A DNA stretch of 56,481 nt, from NCBI GenBank assembly GCA_001724265.1, contig MEDY01000175.1, positions 1 through 56,481 of the forward strand, written 5' to 3'. The position numbers and the translations under genes are program-made. The notes beneath the pieces were generated by a model. The model was given only the letters and a program-made list of their open reading frames with translations, was not told where the DNA came from and searched no databases. Source of the stretch: Rhizaria sp. SCN 62-66. Lineage: Eukaryota. Positions within the stretch are counted from its first letter, which is position 1. The number at the start of each line of letters is the position of its first letter. Positions 55,703 to 56,481 of this stretch are shown one piece after another.

Positions 55703-56312
55703 CTGTGCAAAGACTTAACAGACTGAAACAAAGTTACTGTGATGACTGGGAACGCTGGGAAGTCATGTGAAGAGAACAGAGAAGGCGGGAGCACGAGGTG
55801 AGAACGAGAAGATAACTTGTAGGCAATATACATCAGGATACCTGCTACAATTTAAATATAACAAATGATGCATCGATTATATTCACAGAAAGTCCTCCGA
55901 AATTTAGAATGACGAGTATGCATGATGATTTATTGATTCCTAGCTTGCCTCTCTTGTGCGACTTCGAACGGGCCACAACCCCCACCCTCGCGCCACCACA
56001 GCGTAGCAAACAAATCGGACGATACGACTAAAGGAAGATATTCACGGCATGAACAAAGTCAAATGAACGCAAAACTGAAGTATATCATACTTGAAGATGA
56101 ATAATAAATGTGTGTATGTATCTGTGTTGACCGAAGCCGCACAAACAGTGATTCCCTAGCGTGATCAACGTTGTGTTACACCGTCCGTCAGTCACACATG
56201 AATAAATATCTCTCTTTTACTTTATATAAAAAATACAGTACAAGTTACATATTAGAGTCGTAACCTCAAGCTATCAAAACAACACATATGCTCTATGCGG
56301 CGACTGAGTGGC

Positions 56313-56481
56313 TTAGAGCTTGGCGTTGAGGCGCTGCGGGTTGGGCTTGGGGAGCTTGGTCTTGTGCTCGAGGAGCATGTCATTGTCCGGGGGCAGGCCG
56401 GCGCAGGCGGAGAGGATGTTGGTGACCATGCGCTGCTGCTTGGCGAGCGCGTTGACGACGGGCGTGCCGGGCATGACCATG
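56313..56481 (-). CDS. INO1: myo-inositol-1-phosphate synthase, C-terminal end (runs off the window)
   Basis: My translation is [40 protein letters not shown]...AKL-TAA, matching the conserved MIPS C-terminus pattern [12 protein letters not shown]...ENI.RAC.GL.P.N.M.LE.K. It is not in the ORF track (<60 aa). Confidence 0.92.
   Translation of the reverse strand, partial: MVMPGTPVVNALAKQQRMVTNILSACAGLPPDNDMLLEHKTKLPKPNPQRLNAKL

Noticed and set aside
1-56481. CRISPR arrays, transposases, rRNA/tRNA genes, prokaryotic operons, or a functional ubiquitin gene cluster
   Set aside because: None recognised by eye. The DNA is intron-containing eukaryotic, and the proximity of two USPs and an E2 is explainable by chance.

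Overview
Gene-dense eukaryotic nuclear DNA, probably from a protist; I cannot assign the taxon from the sequence. Exons are GC-rich, intergenic regions and short GT-AG introns are AT-rich, and the donor site is mostly GTACGT. Recognisable genes in order: a FYVE-rhodanese-dual-specificity phosphatase, a small orphan gene, an Nnf1/PMF1-like kinetochore protein, a FAE1-type 3-ketoacyl-CoA synthase (KCS), a PH+VASt lipid-transfer protein, Pet127, a giant USP9/24/34-like deubiquitinase, CAF-1 subunit B, PHF5A, a USP36-like deubiquitinase, UBE2T, GCP2 and the 3' end of INO1. Many proteins are inflated by Ala/Ser/Asn/Gln-rich inserts. The main discovery is evidence for a non-standard nuclear genetic code in which UAG is a sense codon, most likely Gln, while UAA and UGA remain stops. 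All 13 gene ends I could define are TAA (8) or TGA (5). In-frame TAGs interrupt otherwise continuous frames in KCS (8405), in GCP2 (54947, heading a (CAG)16 run), and in three less certain genes (139/583/1160, 7291, 38256). This is inference from one window and needs genome-wide and proteomic confirmation.
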